Assembly: GCF_963921235.1 (NCBI RefSeq)
Contig: NC_086097.1
Coordinates: 38,628,001 to 38,692,000, forward strand
From: Mobula hypostoma
Taxonomy: Eukaryota
Length of the DNA: 64,000 nucleotides
Direction: 5' to 3'
Translations under genes and position numbers: made by a program
Shown here: positions 39,609 through 53,490 of the stretch, piece after piece
Numbering within the stretch: position 1 is the first letter of the stretch
How the letters are laid out: the number at the start of each line of letters is the position of its first letter
Notes under the pieces: model-generated
What the model was told of the DNA's origin: nothing
Databases searched by the model: none
Seen by the model: the letters and a program-made list of their open reading frames with translations, nothing else

Positions 39609-40599
39609 AGTTCCAGGGTGCAGAGGGGTTTGAGTGACCGCTCGCGAGAGGGTTCACCACTTCACTTGAAAGGGTTTCCCTGTAGTGTCTGAGGTGGAAG
39701 AGTTAGAAGAGGGGGTACACAGGTCTCAGAGAAGTAGAACCACCCCCCCCCCGAGAGGTCGGCCTATGTAACACCTGGGGAACAGGGTGTGGTCTCCACT
39801 GTTTTGGGGAGCTATGTCACTGGTTTCTGTACTTGGATTGGGCTCTGAGTTTTGCAGGAAGGGTTGGCAAATTATTTGAACGTCATGAGGGCATGACTAA
39901 ATTTGGTGGGGGGAGAATGTAGGGTTCTCAGTAATACTAATTGTAATGTTAATTGTTAAGGCTGACAAAATAGCTTCTCTGTAATGTTAAATGCTGAGTA
40001 GGGGATTCTCTGTAGCAGTATGTTTGGGTTATAATTCATTTGCTAGCCAATGGAAGTCATGTTATTCTATTTGTATGTGCGGGAACCGAAGGAAAAGCAT
40101 GGGCTTTCGGTCGAGGAGAAGAGAAGAGGTCGACCGTGAGTCGAGTGCTCTGGTAGATCACCAGGAGTGACCCCAGCCGAGGGTCGACAGAGTTCGGAGG
40201 AGATCGATGGGAGGAAAGGATACCGGATTTCGTGAGCTCCAACAAATTATTTGTGCACAGAACTGATAAATTTACTAAGTTGGTACCTTTATTTTGTTTT
40301 GTTTCTACTAACCCATCACCGAGAAATAATTATAAAGTGTAATCATTTACTGGCCTGTTATGTACTGTCTGATATTTTATGTCGTGGGCTTGTACCGGGG
40401 TGCAAACACACAGTATCCACACCAACGCGATTACAGAGTTGGAGGGGTCAACACCAGTTTACCCTCAATGAATGTCAAGTGGGGCATAGTTGCTACAGTG
40501 GCAATCTGGAATTCAATCTTACAGATATGGTGGAGGTGGGTTCCATTTTGACACAGAATTGGATAAATATCATGCAGAGAAAGGAAATGGGTGAAACTA

Positions 40600-41045
40600 G
40601 TGAAACACCAATGCCCAGAAATGGAAAAGACTATACAAAGTGATGGACGAAGCCCAGTCCATGATAGGCAAAGCCCGTTCCACTGCCGAATACACTCACA
40701 TAAAGTGCTGCCACAAGAAAGCAACATCCATATCAAAGATACCCATCATCCAGGCCATAGCCTCTTTCTCACTACTATCGACAGGAGGTAAAGAAGCCTT
40801 AAGTCCCACGCCACCAGGTTCAGGAACAGTTATTACTCCAAAACCATCAGGTTCCTAAACCAGCATGCAAACTTCAATCACCACTACAATGAACTGATTC
40901 TATGACCAACAGACTCACTTTTAAGGACTCTACAATTTAGGCTCTCAGTATTATTTTTTATTTGCACAGTTTGTCTTTTGCACAGTGGTTGTTTGTCAGT
41001 CTTTGTATGTTTTGGTAAAGTTTTAAATAAATTCTATTGTTTGAA
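40600..41045 (+). mobile_element. Old Rex1-like LINE 3' fragment
   Basis: IKDTHHPGHSLF remnant and aggttcaggaacagttatta. Confidence 0.6.
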
Positions 41046-41805
41046 ATGAAAGAGAAAAGTGGTAGCTCAGCTTGGCTGCTTGTTTGTAGGGTTGTTTGCC
41101 AAGCTTCAAGGTTAGGTCACAAGCACTTTGTCACCAGTTGAATTGACATCATCAATGCACAATTGAGTGCTTTTCTGCCAAGCGCTTGCATTTATATTGG
41201 TCCGACTCGTTGTTCTGACTGGTTGGCTGCCGTGAGTCCCAGACAACTGGATAGCTGAGTGATCTCCGCTGTCCTGTGTCTCTGGTTATCGGTTGTTCTG
41301 AGCATTGGTTCCTCCTGTGTCTGCCAAGATTTTTGTAATTTCCCAGATGAACTTGTGTCCTTCTTGGTCTTCATGTACTGATTATATTGTGTACAATCCT
41401 ATTGTATTCATTTTTCTCATATAAATGAATCTCATGATAGTATATGATAACATATTCATACAGTGGCCACTTTATTAGGTAGAGGAGTAGAACACAGTGT
41501 GGTCTTCCACTACTGTAGCCCAACTTCTTCAAGATTCGGCGCATTGTATGTTCACAGATCGTCTTTTGCACAGCACTATTGTAGCATTTGGGTAGTTGAG
41601 TTACTACCGCCCTCCTGTCAACTTAATCCAACTGGCCATTCTCTCTCATTAACAAGGCATTGTTGCCCACAGAACTGAAACTCACTGGAGTTTTTCATTT
41701 TTCGCACCATTCTCCATAAACTCTACAGATGATTATGCAAAATCCCAGGATATCAGAAGTTTCTGAAATACTCAAAACACCATGTCTGGCACCAACAATC
41801 ATTCA

Positions 41806-43456
41806 AACGTCAAAGAAGGAGGGTGCCCACCTGATGACCCCGATGAGATACCTACCCTTCTTGTCACCACTCCAAGCCCACTGCCAACATCGAGAGTGCC
41901 AACTTACCACAGGGATTGAAACATCAAGTCCTATTAGCTCTACTGATCTTCTGGGAGAAAACCAGTGATTGCTGTGAAAGTGCAGCTAACGACAAGGAAA
42001 AGATCGTGTGACAGCTGGAGAGACAGCTGACAGGAGGAAATAGACCCCCAAAGGGGCTGTTATGGCTAGCTATCCATAACAGCAGGCTCCGTCACCTTAT
42101 CAGGGCATAAGAGCCACCCTCACTTGGCTATGGAAAGTTTAAAGAGAAGTATACCCCCAGAGTCTGTGACAGCGGGGGTGCAAGAAGACTGACTGACCTC
42201 CCGGTAACGAACCTTGGCATGGGCAGGACAATGAATCAAGAAAGTGGCAATACTCTTGAGAAACCAGCAGCTGGACATGTTCTTCAGACCTACAGGTGTG
42301 GCTGGACCAAAGTAACATCAACTCGTGGTCTTAAAATTCATTAAGGACGGAAGAAATGATTGAAAATCTCCAACCCAGGGCCCTGCATTGACCACATTCT
42401 GTTAAGAAGAAGGTCAAATCAGTCGGATGAAACTCAGTGGCAGGAAGAAACCCACAGTCCGCAGAGTATCAGCACCCTACGAGATGTGGAAGTTGTTTCA
42501 GGCACAAGCAGTAGTCCAAGACACAGCCAGGCACATCATAAAGTGGAGAACATGCAAGGACATAGCCGTTGGTGAAATGGCCAAAGTCTAACAGCAAGGA
42601 GTGGGAAACCATCAATGCAGATGTGAACCTGATCTTAAGTGGCATCAAGAGATCAGCAGAAAAGTAGTTGGAAAAGATGGGCGACCTGATTCACAGCTGC
42701 AGAAAGGAGAAATTTGGAGTGAAGGAACAAGTCAGCAGGAAAGATATGCCTCCTCCCCCTCAAATCCCGTCATCTCCAGGAAATCCAACAACTTGTTAAA
42801 GAAAGAAGAGGCCTGTGGAAAAAAGCACCAGCAGAATCAAGAGAGGGCATCAACCTCCTTCAAGAGGACCTAAAACAGAGGCTCTCGAAGCTGCGTAGAG
42901 CAGAGAATTTAAGGAAACATGCATAAAGAAGGAAAAAGCAAGAACAGACTTCTACAAAATGTATGAAAGGCATTTTCACAAAAGAGAAAAGCGGATCCTT
43001 GAAAGTATCAAAAGAGGAGGTTGAAAGACATCTCAGAACCATCCACACTGATGAGCTAAAAGATGAACCGATACTTGTCCCAGCTGACATTCCACCAATC
43101 TCACCCTCACAACATCAATTTAACATCAGCCCTCGCAAGCTGAGTGAGGTGAAAGAGGCAATGAAGAAGGCAAGATCGGCATCAGCACCAGGCCCTAACG
43201 GTGTTCCGTATTGTGTCTACAAGAACGCCCTAGATGTTCTGAAATTTCTCTGGAGAAACACGAGGGTTGCGTGGGAAAAGCAAGTGATCCCCAAAGCCTG
43301 GGGAAGAGCGGGGGGAGTTCTGATCCCAAAAGAAAAGAATTCGTCCACCATCAAACAGTTTCGCCAAATAAACCTTCTGAACATTGAAGGCAAGATCTTT
43401 TTCAGCATGTTGGCGCAAAGACTTACAAAGTATCTGAAACAAAACCATTTAATTGA
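41806..43456 (+). mobile_element. Hero-clade (R2/RLE group) non-LTR retrotransposon, 5' portion to start of RT
   Basis: ORF 42963-43511: KKARSASAPGPNGVPYCVYKN...VLIPKEKNSSTIKQFRQINLLNIEGKIFFS. Upstream frameshifted N-terminal region. Confidence 0.75.
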
Positions 43457-43751
43457 TACGTGCATGCGCATCTGTGCGTGTGCGTCTGCTTGTCCATGTG
43501 TGCGTCCGTGACGATGTCATTTTCATGGCTTTAACAAGGCGCGGAGCGCGAGAGGGAGAGACTGTGTGATGCGCCACTCCTCACAAAGACATTTTCGCAG
43601 TATTTTCCCTTTATTTTACGAGGTTGATTGCGATCTCAACACTCAACCCGGCACGGATGGAAAGCATACTCAGGAGCGGACCTGACTAGTTTCCAATCTG
43701 GGAACCTCTGCTCCCGGGTCCGGCGCCGATGTCGTTGCGCCACCAGCTGGC
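43457..43751 (-). mobile_element. tRNA-derived SINE
   Basis: Minus-strand head ggccagctggtggcgcaacg...gaggttcccagattgga; CpG-rich; simple-repeat tail. Confidence 0.55.
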
Positions 43752-43829
43752 CTTACCAGCATTTTTTATGTGTGTTGCTTGAATTTCCAGCATCTGCAGA
43801 TTTCCTCGTGTATACTCTTTGCCTAAATT

Positions 43830-45706
43830 GATGCAATCCTTTGAACAATATGGTCAATTATCAGGATACAAGGTCAACATAGATAAAAACCCAATTACTT
43901 TCATATAATTATAGCCCACCAAAAGAAATTGAAAGTAGATATCCCTGGGCATGGCAAACAGAGTCTGTCAAATATTTGGGCGTCATTATGCTAAAAGATT
44001 TGGCAAAATTATCAGAAGGCAATTACCAGCCTATATATAAAAAAATTAAGGAAGATATAACAAGATGGAAGCTAGTTCCTTTTTTCAGTCTCATTTAAGG
44101 ACTGAATCTATTAAAATGAATATACTGCCCAGACTATTATATCTTTTTCCAGACCCTACCAATAGAGATTAATCAAAATCAATTCAATGACTGGAACAAA
44201 ATGGTATCAAGATATATATGGCAAGGTAAAAGGCCTAGAGTTTGTCTCAAAACTTTGCAATTAGCCAAGGAAAAGAGGAGTTGGAGCCTACCTTCTCTTA
44301 GAGATTATTATTTTGCAGCACAGTTGAGAGCTGTGATATGCTGGTGCAACCTATCATATGACGCTCAATGGAAAAACATTGAGGAGGGGATACTTTCCAT
44401 CCCCCTACAGGCAATTTTGGCTGATAACAACCTACAAAGGTACATAAATACTATTGATAACCCATGGGTGAAATGGACTCTTTAAATATGGAAAAATATT
44501 ATAAAAGAATTTCAACTAGAGGAAGATATTGCAATTCTTAAATGGTGTGCATATGACTTAGATTTTACGCCAAATCAACTGGATGCTAGATTTAAGGACT
44601 GGACAGCTAAAGGAATAACATTTCTTTGCAATATAATGAAAGAAGGAACACTGTTCAGTTTTGAAATGCTCAAAAAGAAACACTTATTAGAAAAACAAGA
44701 CTTTTATCGGTATTTACAGATGCGACAGTACATTAATAGGACGGTTAAAAATGTAACCAAGGCAAGTACATGTTTGATAGAGCTATTAAGAAAAGCATAT
44801 AATTCAGATAACGGTAATAGAATCATTTCAAGCATGTATAAGGATTTGTCAAATCTTAAAACACATACAACTTCATATATTAAAACAAAATGGGAGAAGG
44901 AAGGAGGGATAATTATACCTGAGGAAGAATGGACAATAATATGGAGGTATCAATGTAAGTGTACCAGTTCACAGAAATTGAGGGAGTTCAGGTGGAAAAA
45001 AATTGCTAAGATATTTTATTACACCGTCTCAGAAATCCCATTTTGATAGTAACCTCCCTGTTTGCTGGAGAAATTGTGGAAATCAAAATGCAAACCATTA
45101 GCACATTTTCTGGGAATGCCCCGTTATCAAAGGCTACTGGAGTGGGATACACAATGCCCTACAAGACATCTTTAAACGTAAAATACCCTTAGAAAGTAAG
45201 ACCATATATTTTGGGTATATACCTCAAGAATGGTTGAAAAGAGATAAATATTTAATGAATATACTGCTGGTGGCTGGTAAAAGGACTCTTTCCAGGAAAT
45301 GGTTATCACAGGACAGCACAATTTTAAGTGCATGGATGGAAATTACAATGGACATTTACAAAATGGAGAAGATAACAGCATCTGTTAATCATAAGTTGGA
45401 ACAATTTGATTCAAACTGGGAAAAATGGTTTAACTACATAACACCTCATAGGCCTGATTTTATTCTCACAAATCAATGAATATGTTGTTAAAAAAAAATC
45501 ACTCCCTACTTGTACATAGTTTTCTCCTTTTGCTTGTTCTTTCTTTCCTCTCTTTTCTATAAGTGTATACCTCAGATAAATATTATGTGGAGATTTGTGG
45601 CATATATGACTAAATGATATATATGTACAATATCTGAAATACATCTCATGGAAATGTTTGCTTGATGATGAACTTCAGTAAACAATAAATTACAAAAAAA
45701 AAGAAA
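43830..45706 (+). mobile_element. 5'-truncated L1/Tx1-type LINE (ORF2 C-terminal part, poly-A tail)
   Basis: KYLG, IKMNILPRLLYLF, YIWQGKRPRV, LPSLRDYYFAAQL, CWRNCG..HIFWECP; AATAAA plus A-tail at ~45684-45706. Confidence 0.9.
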
Positions 45707-45734
45707 ATGCATACCAAAAGGGCAATTGTAGAAT

Positions 45735-46130
45735 AGTCATAGGGGATCCCAATATTCAAGTAGCTTGGGGAAGTCAGGTTGGTGCTGGATTCTAGGAGGA
45801 TGTTTCCTATGGCGGGAGAGTCTATGACCAGAGGGCAGACCCTCAGAATAGAGGGGCATTCTTTTAGAAAGGAAACAAGGAGGAATTTCTTTAACCAGAG
45901 AGTGGTGGATCTGTGAAATTTGTTGCCACAAGCAGCTGTGCAGGCCTAGTGTCTATGTATATTTAAGGCGGAGGTTGACAGATTCTTGATTGGTCAGGGC
46001 ATGAAGGGATACATTGAGAGGGCAGGAGAATGGGGCAGAGAGGAAAATTGGATCACCCATGATGAAATGACAGAGCAGACTCGATAGGCCAAATGGCCTA
46101 ATTCTGCTTCGATGTCTTATGCTCTTCTTC
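45735..46130 (+). mobile_element. CR1 3'-end fragment
   Basis: aggaatttctttaaccagagagtggtggatctgtg...gccaaatggcctaattctgct 3'UTR. Confidence 0.75.
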
Positions 46131-47186
46131 GACGAACTTCATCAGTAAGGATAACCTTAATTCCTTAAATAGCTTTCTGACATATTCCAATAGAAGGTAA
46201 GATAAAACAGATAAATTCTACCCAACCCCACTACCACCACCCAAAGCCCACTTACACTACCACAGCTGCTGTATGACGTGCTCTGTTTCTCCAGCATTTT
46301 TATTTCTATTTTCCAGCATCTGCAATGTTTTGGAAATGTATTAATGTTTAATTCACAGCTGCTTCTCTTCTTGGACACTGTCAATGAGATTCAAGCTTCC
46401 CAAGCTGTTGGTGGCATCCTCGATCCTCCTCCATTACTTTGATCAGTCACAAAATAGTAACGATATTATGACTTTTCAAATGCTTTAAGGGCATTCCTGA
46501 ATATTCATGGTAATCTCTCACCAAAAGCTTATTGTAGTCGATTGGTGTCCAGCATCTGAATGGTGTGGCCCATCCACCCAAATTGGGCAAACGTAATCAC
46601 ACCCTCAATGATGGGGATGTTGGCCTTGGGGAGCACAATGGCATTGTTTTGCTTATCCTGCCAGTGAATAAATAGGGTTTTGTGAAGACAGCATTAATGC
46701 AGTGGGTGCTATAAAAATTATTAGAATTGCAAGGATGAGATGATGTGGCTATTAAGATAAACCAGATAAACTGTGACTGTTTATTACATCAGAGAAGGTT
46801 GAGAAGGAAATGTTTAAAATGATAATATAAATGCAGAAAAATAACTATCAATTAACAGATCAGTAATTAGAGGTATAAATTCAAGATAAACACCAAAATA
46901 GGATTAGGATTCATTTTTTTTAAGTGCAACCATTAATTAATGGAATGGATCACCAAAGACAGAAATATAACTAATGCCATCACATTTCTAAATGAAAAAA
47001 AATTGAAAAGAAAATGTGGAGGATATAGTATTGAATGACTACTCTTTCAGAGAACTTCTGAGCCAAATGCCCTTTTGCCTCAGGCAGTGAAAACCACAAT
47101 TGAACAGTCTGTGGTATAAATATTAATTTATTCTATATCACATTATTTTTATTTAAAACTTATTCTGCAATAAATGAATTACTTAC

Positions 47187-47234
47187 ATTTTACACTTAAT
47201 AGCATGCTTTTTGGAACAGAACAATCCACAGAAG
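47187..47234 (-). CDS. SPATA7: SPATA7 exon 4 equivalent (48 nt; (A)SVDCSVPKSMLLSVK(Y))
   Basis: Matches AAVDCSVPVSVSTSIKY. Acceptor ttgttctttcag, donor gtaagt. Confidence 0.93.
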
Positions 47235-49000
47235 CTGAAAGAACAAAAATATCAGTATTATTATTTTTGTAAGTTTTTCTTGAAGAAAATGCAGAATAAG
47301 GAGACTGACGCAGATTAATTTTAGGCCATTCAGCTCAAGTGATCTACACCAGTGCTTTATGCTTCACACATGCCTCCTTCCACCCTTCTTTAACTAACCT
47401 TATCAGTACATGCACTTATTCCTTCTGTACCTTTTTCTGCAATCTCCTTCCAAAAGCAGTTAAATTTCACCACATCACTATATAAAGCCCACTCCTACGA
47501 CTACAGCTACCTCTTGATGCACCAAGTGCTTCCACCATTTTTTTTTTAGTTCTCATTTCATGTATCAGCAACATGTCGGCTGCTTCTCTTCCAGATAATT
47601 ATAACTTAAATAGGCTCTCCACGACTTGGACACTCAAAGGAAAACTTGAGAATTAGAACAGTAAATTTTTGTTTATTCAGTATTTATGCATCTGGAATTC
47701 TCATACAACCAGCAAAAATTTCTAAGAAGCTTAAAATACCATACTACCCGACTTCTCATTCCCCCTCCCCACCAACTCCCCATAGATGTCAGATCACTAA
47801 GAATATATTATACTTCATCTTTCAATTAAGCACTTCGATATATTCTGAATTCAACACCAAGATCACCAATTTCAGATCATCTACCTCCAAATTATTCCAG
47901 TTCCAGATTCAAAGTAATTAAATTGAAATCTCTATAGGAGGAGCGCTGAGCAAACTAGTGGGCCTAAAAGTAAACAAGTACCCTGGTCCTGATGCAATGC
48001 ATCCCAAGGTACTGAAAGAAATGTTGGATTTATAGTAGAGGTGACATCTGTCTGCAAAAGAAACAAAGTTATCATGCAACTTTGCTGATGCTATATAACT
48101 CAATACTTCTGCCTTCAAAGGGAATCGAAGACTGCTGTCATATGGACTCGAATTTTGACTCGATGAGCTGACAGCATTTGAGACAGACTTAAAACAAATT
48201 GCTCGGAGGTATTTCTCTTCTTGTCTTTCATGTTACTTCACCTGGCTGTTAAAAATGACCACATGGGCCAATCAAACTTGGAGCAACTCATTAAATTCAG
48301 AAAAACCTGGTAGAAAGTTATTACAAGACCTAGATTCAGCCCAAACCACTGAGACAGGTCTGCAGTATTTAGCTATCCTTCAATACTTTATAATGTTTAA
48401 AGATGATATATTAAATCTTTAAAATGATTAACTTTTAAAATACATCTAATATGACAAAATAATTTTAGAAGAAGACCAATATTAATGAGCCTGTTTTTAA
48501 CATTCGGATTTAAAAATTATTTTTTAATTTACAAGCTATTTGAAAGATGCTAAAATACATTCTTCAATTAACAAGCCATTGCAAAGATTTAGAAAAAGTT
48601 GATAAATATTTTAGATCTACTGTTTTGATCTCTAGCAGCTGTTCTCGTTCATTAAAATCTGCAGCAACCCCAGGAAGACCCAATAAGCCTTTTCAAACAG
48701 AGTATAAAATATATGGGCATGTTATCTTCATATGTAGAATGCATTCAGTTCAATTTCAGACTGCCTTGCTGATGTCCTTATTAACTAAAATGTAGGGACA
48801 TTATCAATACAGCCTGCACAGGCACCCAGTTACTATCAGTGTCCGGAATTCCTGCATTAGGTTATGCATAAGCATCTACTGAATAACAACACTGAAAGCC
48901 AGTAATTTGGATGTCACAAAACCCTGGCTCAAACATAGAGTATAACTTGGTGAAGAATATTCTGTTGACTAGATTTTCATTAGTAACATTCTGTGATTAC

Positions 49001-49093
49001 CTTTAGCAGAGAGAATTCTGTTGTAGTGGGAAGCCATATGAGCTTGAGTTAGCTGCTGGTCAACCACTCTCCTGGAAGAACTTACATAGTAAA
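49001..49093 (-). CDS. SPATA7: SPATA7 exon 3 equivalent (93 nt; (V)YYVSSSRRVVDQQLTQAHMASHYNRILSAK)
   Basis: HMASHYNRILSAK ~ HMAVHYNKILSAK. Acceptor ctccttacag, donor G|gtaatc. Confidence 0.93.
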
Positions 49094-51579
49094 CTGTAAG
49101 GAGAAAGTGATGTGTGTGATACACTGAGATAAATCCAAAATCTTTTTCAAGTAGAAAAATTATTGCACTTTAACACACACAAAGTACTGGAAGAATTCAG
49201 CAAGGCAGCAAGTACATAAACAGTTGACTTTTCAGACCAAGACCTTTATCAGTGCCTCACCAATGTCAAGGAGGCTGCACGGAGAGCACAGATGCAGTAG
49301 ATGACCCCCATAAGACTCGGAGGTGAAGTGTTGCCTCACCTGGAAGGACTGTTTGGGAGGCGTAGGGGCAAGTGTAGCACTTGTCCCATTTGCAGGGATA
49401 AATATCACGAGGGAGATCAGTGGAAAGGGATAAGTAGACAAGAGTCAAATGGACAGTGATCCCCATTGAAAGTGGAGAGTTGGGGGGAAAGGGTAAGATG
49501 TGTCTAACAGTAGAATCCCATTATAGATGCTGAAAGTTGCATAGAAGATAGAACAGTGCAGCACAGTACAGGCCCTTTGGCTCACAGTGTTGTGCCGACC
49601 ATTTCATCGACTTCAAATACGATCTATCCCTCCTCTCCCACATATCCGTTGGTTTCTCTTTCATCTATCCATGTACCTATCTAAGAGTTTCTTTCCAATG
49701 ACCCTAATTTATTTCTCTACCACCATCCCTGGCAGTGCATTCCATGCACTAACAACACTGTGAGAAACCTACCTTTGATATCCCCCATACTCCAATCACC
49801 TTAAAAATATGTCCTTTCGTTTTAGCCATTCCACCCTCGGAAAAGGCACTGGCTGTCTACTCTACCTATGCCTTATATCACCACATATTGAAATCTATAA
49901 AGTCTCCTCTCAGAGAATGATATGCTGGATATGGAGACTCATAGGGAGGTATGAAAGGACAAGAGGAACATGATACCTGTTACGAAAGTAGAAGGATGGG
50001 ATGATGGCAGATGTGCAAGAAATGGAGGAGATACGAGTGAGGGCAGCTTTAATGGTGTTGAAGAAAGAGGACATCTCAGATGTCCTAAACTGGAAACCTC
50101 ATCCTATGAACAGATGTTGCAAAGATCTCCTTTTCTCAATCTTGCTATCTTCATCTCTGGAGACAGGTTATCAACTGATATCTTTCATAGACCTACTGAC
50201 TCTCATAGCTACCTTGACTATATCTCTTCCCACCCTGTCACGTTTAAAAATACTATTCTCTTTTCTCAGCCCCTCCATCTCCATTGCATCTGGAGTCAGG
50301 ATGTTGTTTTGGAGATATTCAAGACCAAGGTGACATTGCATTTGAACTACTGTGTAGTTTTAGTCACGCTGTCATTGGAAAATCATCATTAAATTAGAAA
50401 GAATGCAGTTAAGATTTATGAGGACACTTGGTGAGCAACATTGTAGGCATTCATTGCTTCCATGTTGTGTTACTCTATATGAGTGGTGAGGTGGACATAC
50501 GTCTCTAGCGAAGGAGGTGTAAAGTGCTCCTTTCCTCTGCTAGTCTGCAAGTCACCCTTGGGCAAGGTGTAGCACCTGCTTAGCCTTCAGATCAGGATCA
50601 TGTGAAGCCATGGGAGCAGGCAGTGGATGATTGTACGAGCAGCTGGTGCATATCACAAGTCTTGATTATGTGACCACTGATGCCAGGCAGACAATCTCTG
50701 AACAGTATTGATAATGGCTGGGATCACCCGTCTTGTAAAGACACCGCCCAGAAGAAGGCAATGGCAAACCACTTCTGTACAAAAATTTTCCAAGTCACAG
50801 TCACAGAAAGACCATGATCGCCTATGCCATACAACACGGCACATCACAAACAAACAAATTACTCTATAATAGGTGATGCTCGTTCAGCTGTATCTATGCA
50901 TGGTTTGAATGGTAATTAAATATGATTGATTTGATTTGATGGAAGAGACAATGAAAACCCTCTCAAATGTGATCAGAGTACAATGACATTATCCTAGTGA
51001 TCCACCCATCCAACCTTGCCTCTAGACAAATAAGAAGTTTAAAAGGCCTGAGGTAACAAACAATAAGTCCTCAACAGAAGATGGTATCCCTGTAGAAGTC
51101 CTTGAACTTGCAGATGAGGAGCTTCCATCACAATCCCATTGCCACATCTGGCAAGGGGAGGATATAATAAGAATGTGACCAACTGCAAGAAATGGGCAGA
51201 TCTGATTATACTGCTTTCCTGCAGTTTGACACAGGGATCGCCACAATCAGTCTTCCTCAGCCTTCTCCTCTCAGTGGCCAAAGAGCTACACCCAAATTGC
51301 AGTATGAATGTTGGAAATGATCTTCAAGAGCAGAGAAAAGCATATACATGCAGGTTCTTCCCATCATATGAATGCCCAAATTATGTACACTCCATACATA
51401 TAAACAAGCTTTTTGGGAAACCAGCAGGATGGATCTACTGACTGCTGTACATATGCAGGTATCTTCTTCTGTCTGGGAATGCAGTTTGCAGATGCATCCC
51501 TGATGTGCAAACTATTTGGTTACAAACAGTTCACAGAAACAGATTCCTGCTGTAATCTGGGCACAATCTACATATACGA

Positions 51580-52405
51580 AGAAATCTGCAGATGCTGGAA
51601 ATTCAAGCAACACACACACAAAATGCTGGTGGAACGCAGCAGGCCAGACAGTATCCATAGGAAGAAGCACAGTAGACATTTTGGGTCGAGACCATTCGTC
51701 AGGACTAACTGAAAGAAGAGATAGTAAGAGATTTGTAAGTGGGAGGGGGAGATCTGAAATGATAGGAGAAGACAGGAGGAAGAGGGATAGAGCTAAGAGC
51801 TGGAAAATTGATTGGCAAAAAGGATACAAAGCTGGAGAAGGGAGGGGATCATAGGATGGGAGGCCTAGGGAGAAAGAAAGGGGAAGGAGCGCCAGAGGAA
51901 GATGGACAGCAAGCAAGGAGTTATTGTGAGAGGGACAGAGAGAAAGAAAAGGAAAAAATAATAAATAAATAAGGGATGGGGTAAGAACGGGAGGAGGGGC
52001 ATTAACGGAAGTTAGAGAAGTCAATGTTCGTGCCTTCAAGTTGGAGGCTACCCAGATGGAATATAAGGTGTTGTTCCTCCAACCTGAGTGTGGCTTCATC
52101 TTGACAGTAGAGGAGGCCGTGGATAGACATATCAGAATGGGAATGGAACGTGGAATTAAAATGTGTGGCCACTGGGAGATCCTGCTTTCTCTGGCGGACA
52201 GAGCGTAGGTGTTCAGCGAAACAGTCTCCCAGTCTGCGTCAGGTCTCGCCAATATGTAGAAGGCCACATCGGGAGCACCAGATGCAGTATATCACACCAG
52301 CCAACTCACAGGCGAAGTGTTGCCTCACCTGGAAGGACTGTCTGGGGTCCTGAATGGTGGTGAGAGAGGAAGCGTAAGGGCATGTGTAGCACTTGTTCCG
52401 CTTAC
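51580..52405 (-). mobile_element. Penelope-like element 3' part (GIY-YIG endonuclease region plus pLTR with decayed hammerhead)
   Basis: Minus-strand remnants CIWCSRCGLLHIGET and HLIFHLG-like. pLTR contains ctgacga...aaaatgtc at ~51671-51711. Confidence 0.85.
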
Positions 52406-52409
52406 AAAT

Positions 52410-53490
52410 CTACATAAACTATACATACCACACATGGCATTTTTTTGGCCTCAGTTAAAGCTTCATTTGCGTCAACTGTAGTGAACGGTGGAATATGCTT
52501 CAGTTTGGTTGTCCCAGAAATTCACCTCCATCTCAAGTTTGTTTATAATAGCATGCAAATCATAATCCTAATTACTCTCAGCATCTGTTGTCGTCAAGCA
52601 AACCTGTGTCATTGCCCCAATTTCTTTATTCAATCCTTCTCATTAGAGTGCAACACCTTTACTAACTCCTAAGATTCCCTGGCCCATGACTGCTCAAAGT
52701 GAAGAAGGGGCCCTCAGGATGGCACTCACAACCTGAATAAAGCAGTCCAGCATAAATGACCCAGTGAACAAGCTACCCGACTACCCCCCTTCTGACGGGC
52801 ACCTCTTGAATTATCTGTGGAAAAATTTGTAGTTCTTTCATTAGCCGTGTAAGTCACCTCCACACTAAGTTGAAAAAAATCATCTTCAATCTTAAGTGAT
52901 TGTCTAAGATAGTTTTCCAAGTCCTCTGGACTCTCCATGTGTACATTTTTGTTCCATCTCCTCCATCAATACTCTTTTTGATCTTAAATATCACCATCAT
53001 CCTGATGGATTCACCTTGACAACCGAGCTCTTGTATTCTATGCCTCTATTTATAAAGCTCAGGATTCCTTTTTTCTTTTAACCACCTTCAAATGAGCTTT
53101 GCAAACATACCTCCTGAACAATTTTACTCACACACCTTTTAGAATTGTGCAACCTAGTTTAAACTGCTTCTCATTTCCACAATCAAAAGTTAACAGTGCA
53201 TTTCTCAGTACTAATTTTTATCTACTAGTTATTCACCCATACCACCAGCTCAACTATGTTTCCTTGAAATCTATTATTTTTCTCATCAAAGTTCAGTCAC
53301 TACGTCTCTGCAAACTTTCACTGCAGTTCTTTGTCTGTTGTTACTTGCCCATAATCTGCCAAACCAGAATAAAGATTGGATCCTTGGTTCTCATCTTCAA
53401 CCCCACCATCATTCCATTCAATGAATTTTCCTCCATAACTTCTGCAACCTTCAAAAACCACCAGGCACATGTTCCACAATCCACTTCAGC
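52410..53490 (-). mobile_element. Degenerate LINE ORF1-like remnant (probably L1)
   Basis: Short coiled-coil/ORF1-like fragments (e.g. LENYLRQSLKIEDDFFQLSVE). Heavily decayed. Confidence 0.4.

Larger units (their letters stand above)
32956..40497 (+). mobile_element. Full-length but decayed Ty3/Gypsy LTR retrotransposon (element B)
   Basis: LTRs 32956-33545 and 39918-40497 (TG..CA); TSD GTGG; tRNA-Pro PBS TGGGGGCTCGTTCAGGATTTGAA at 33549-33571; PPT before 39918; PNMA-like gag with CxxCxxxxH knuckle, PR (ILDTGSQV), RT (YFDD), RNase H (LEFLALKWA), integrase (HHCC, SDQG, ERFN). Many frameshifts. Confidence 0.96.
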
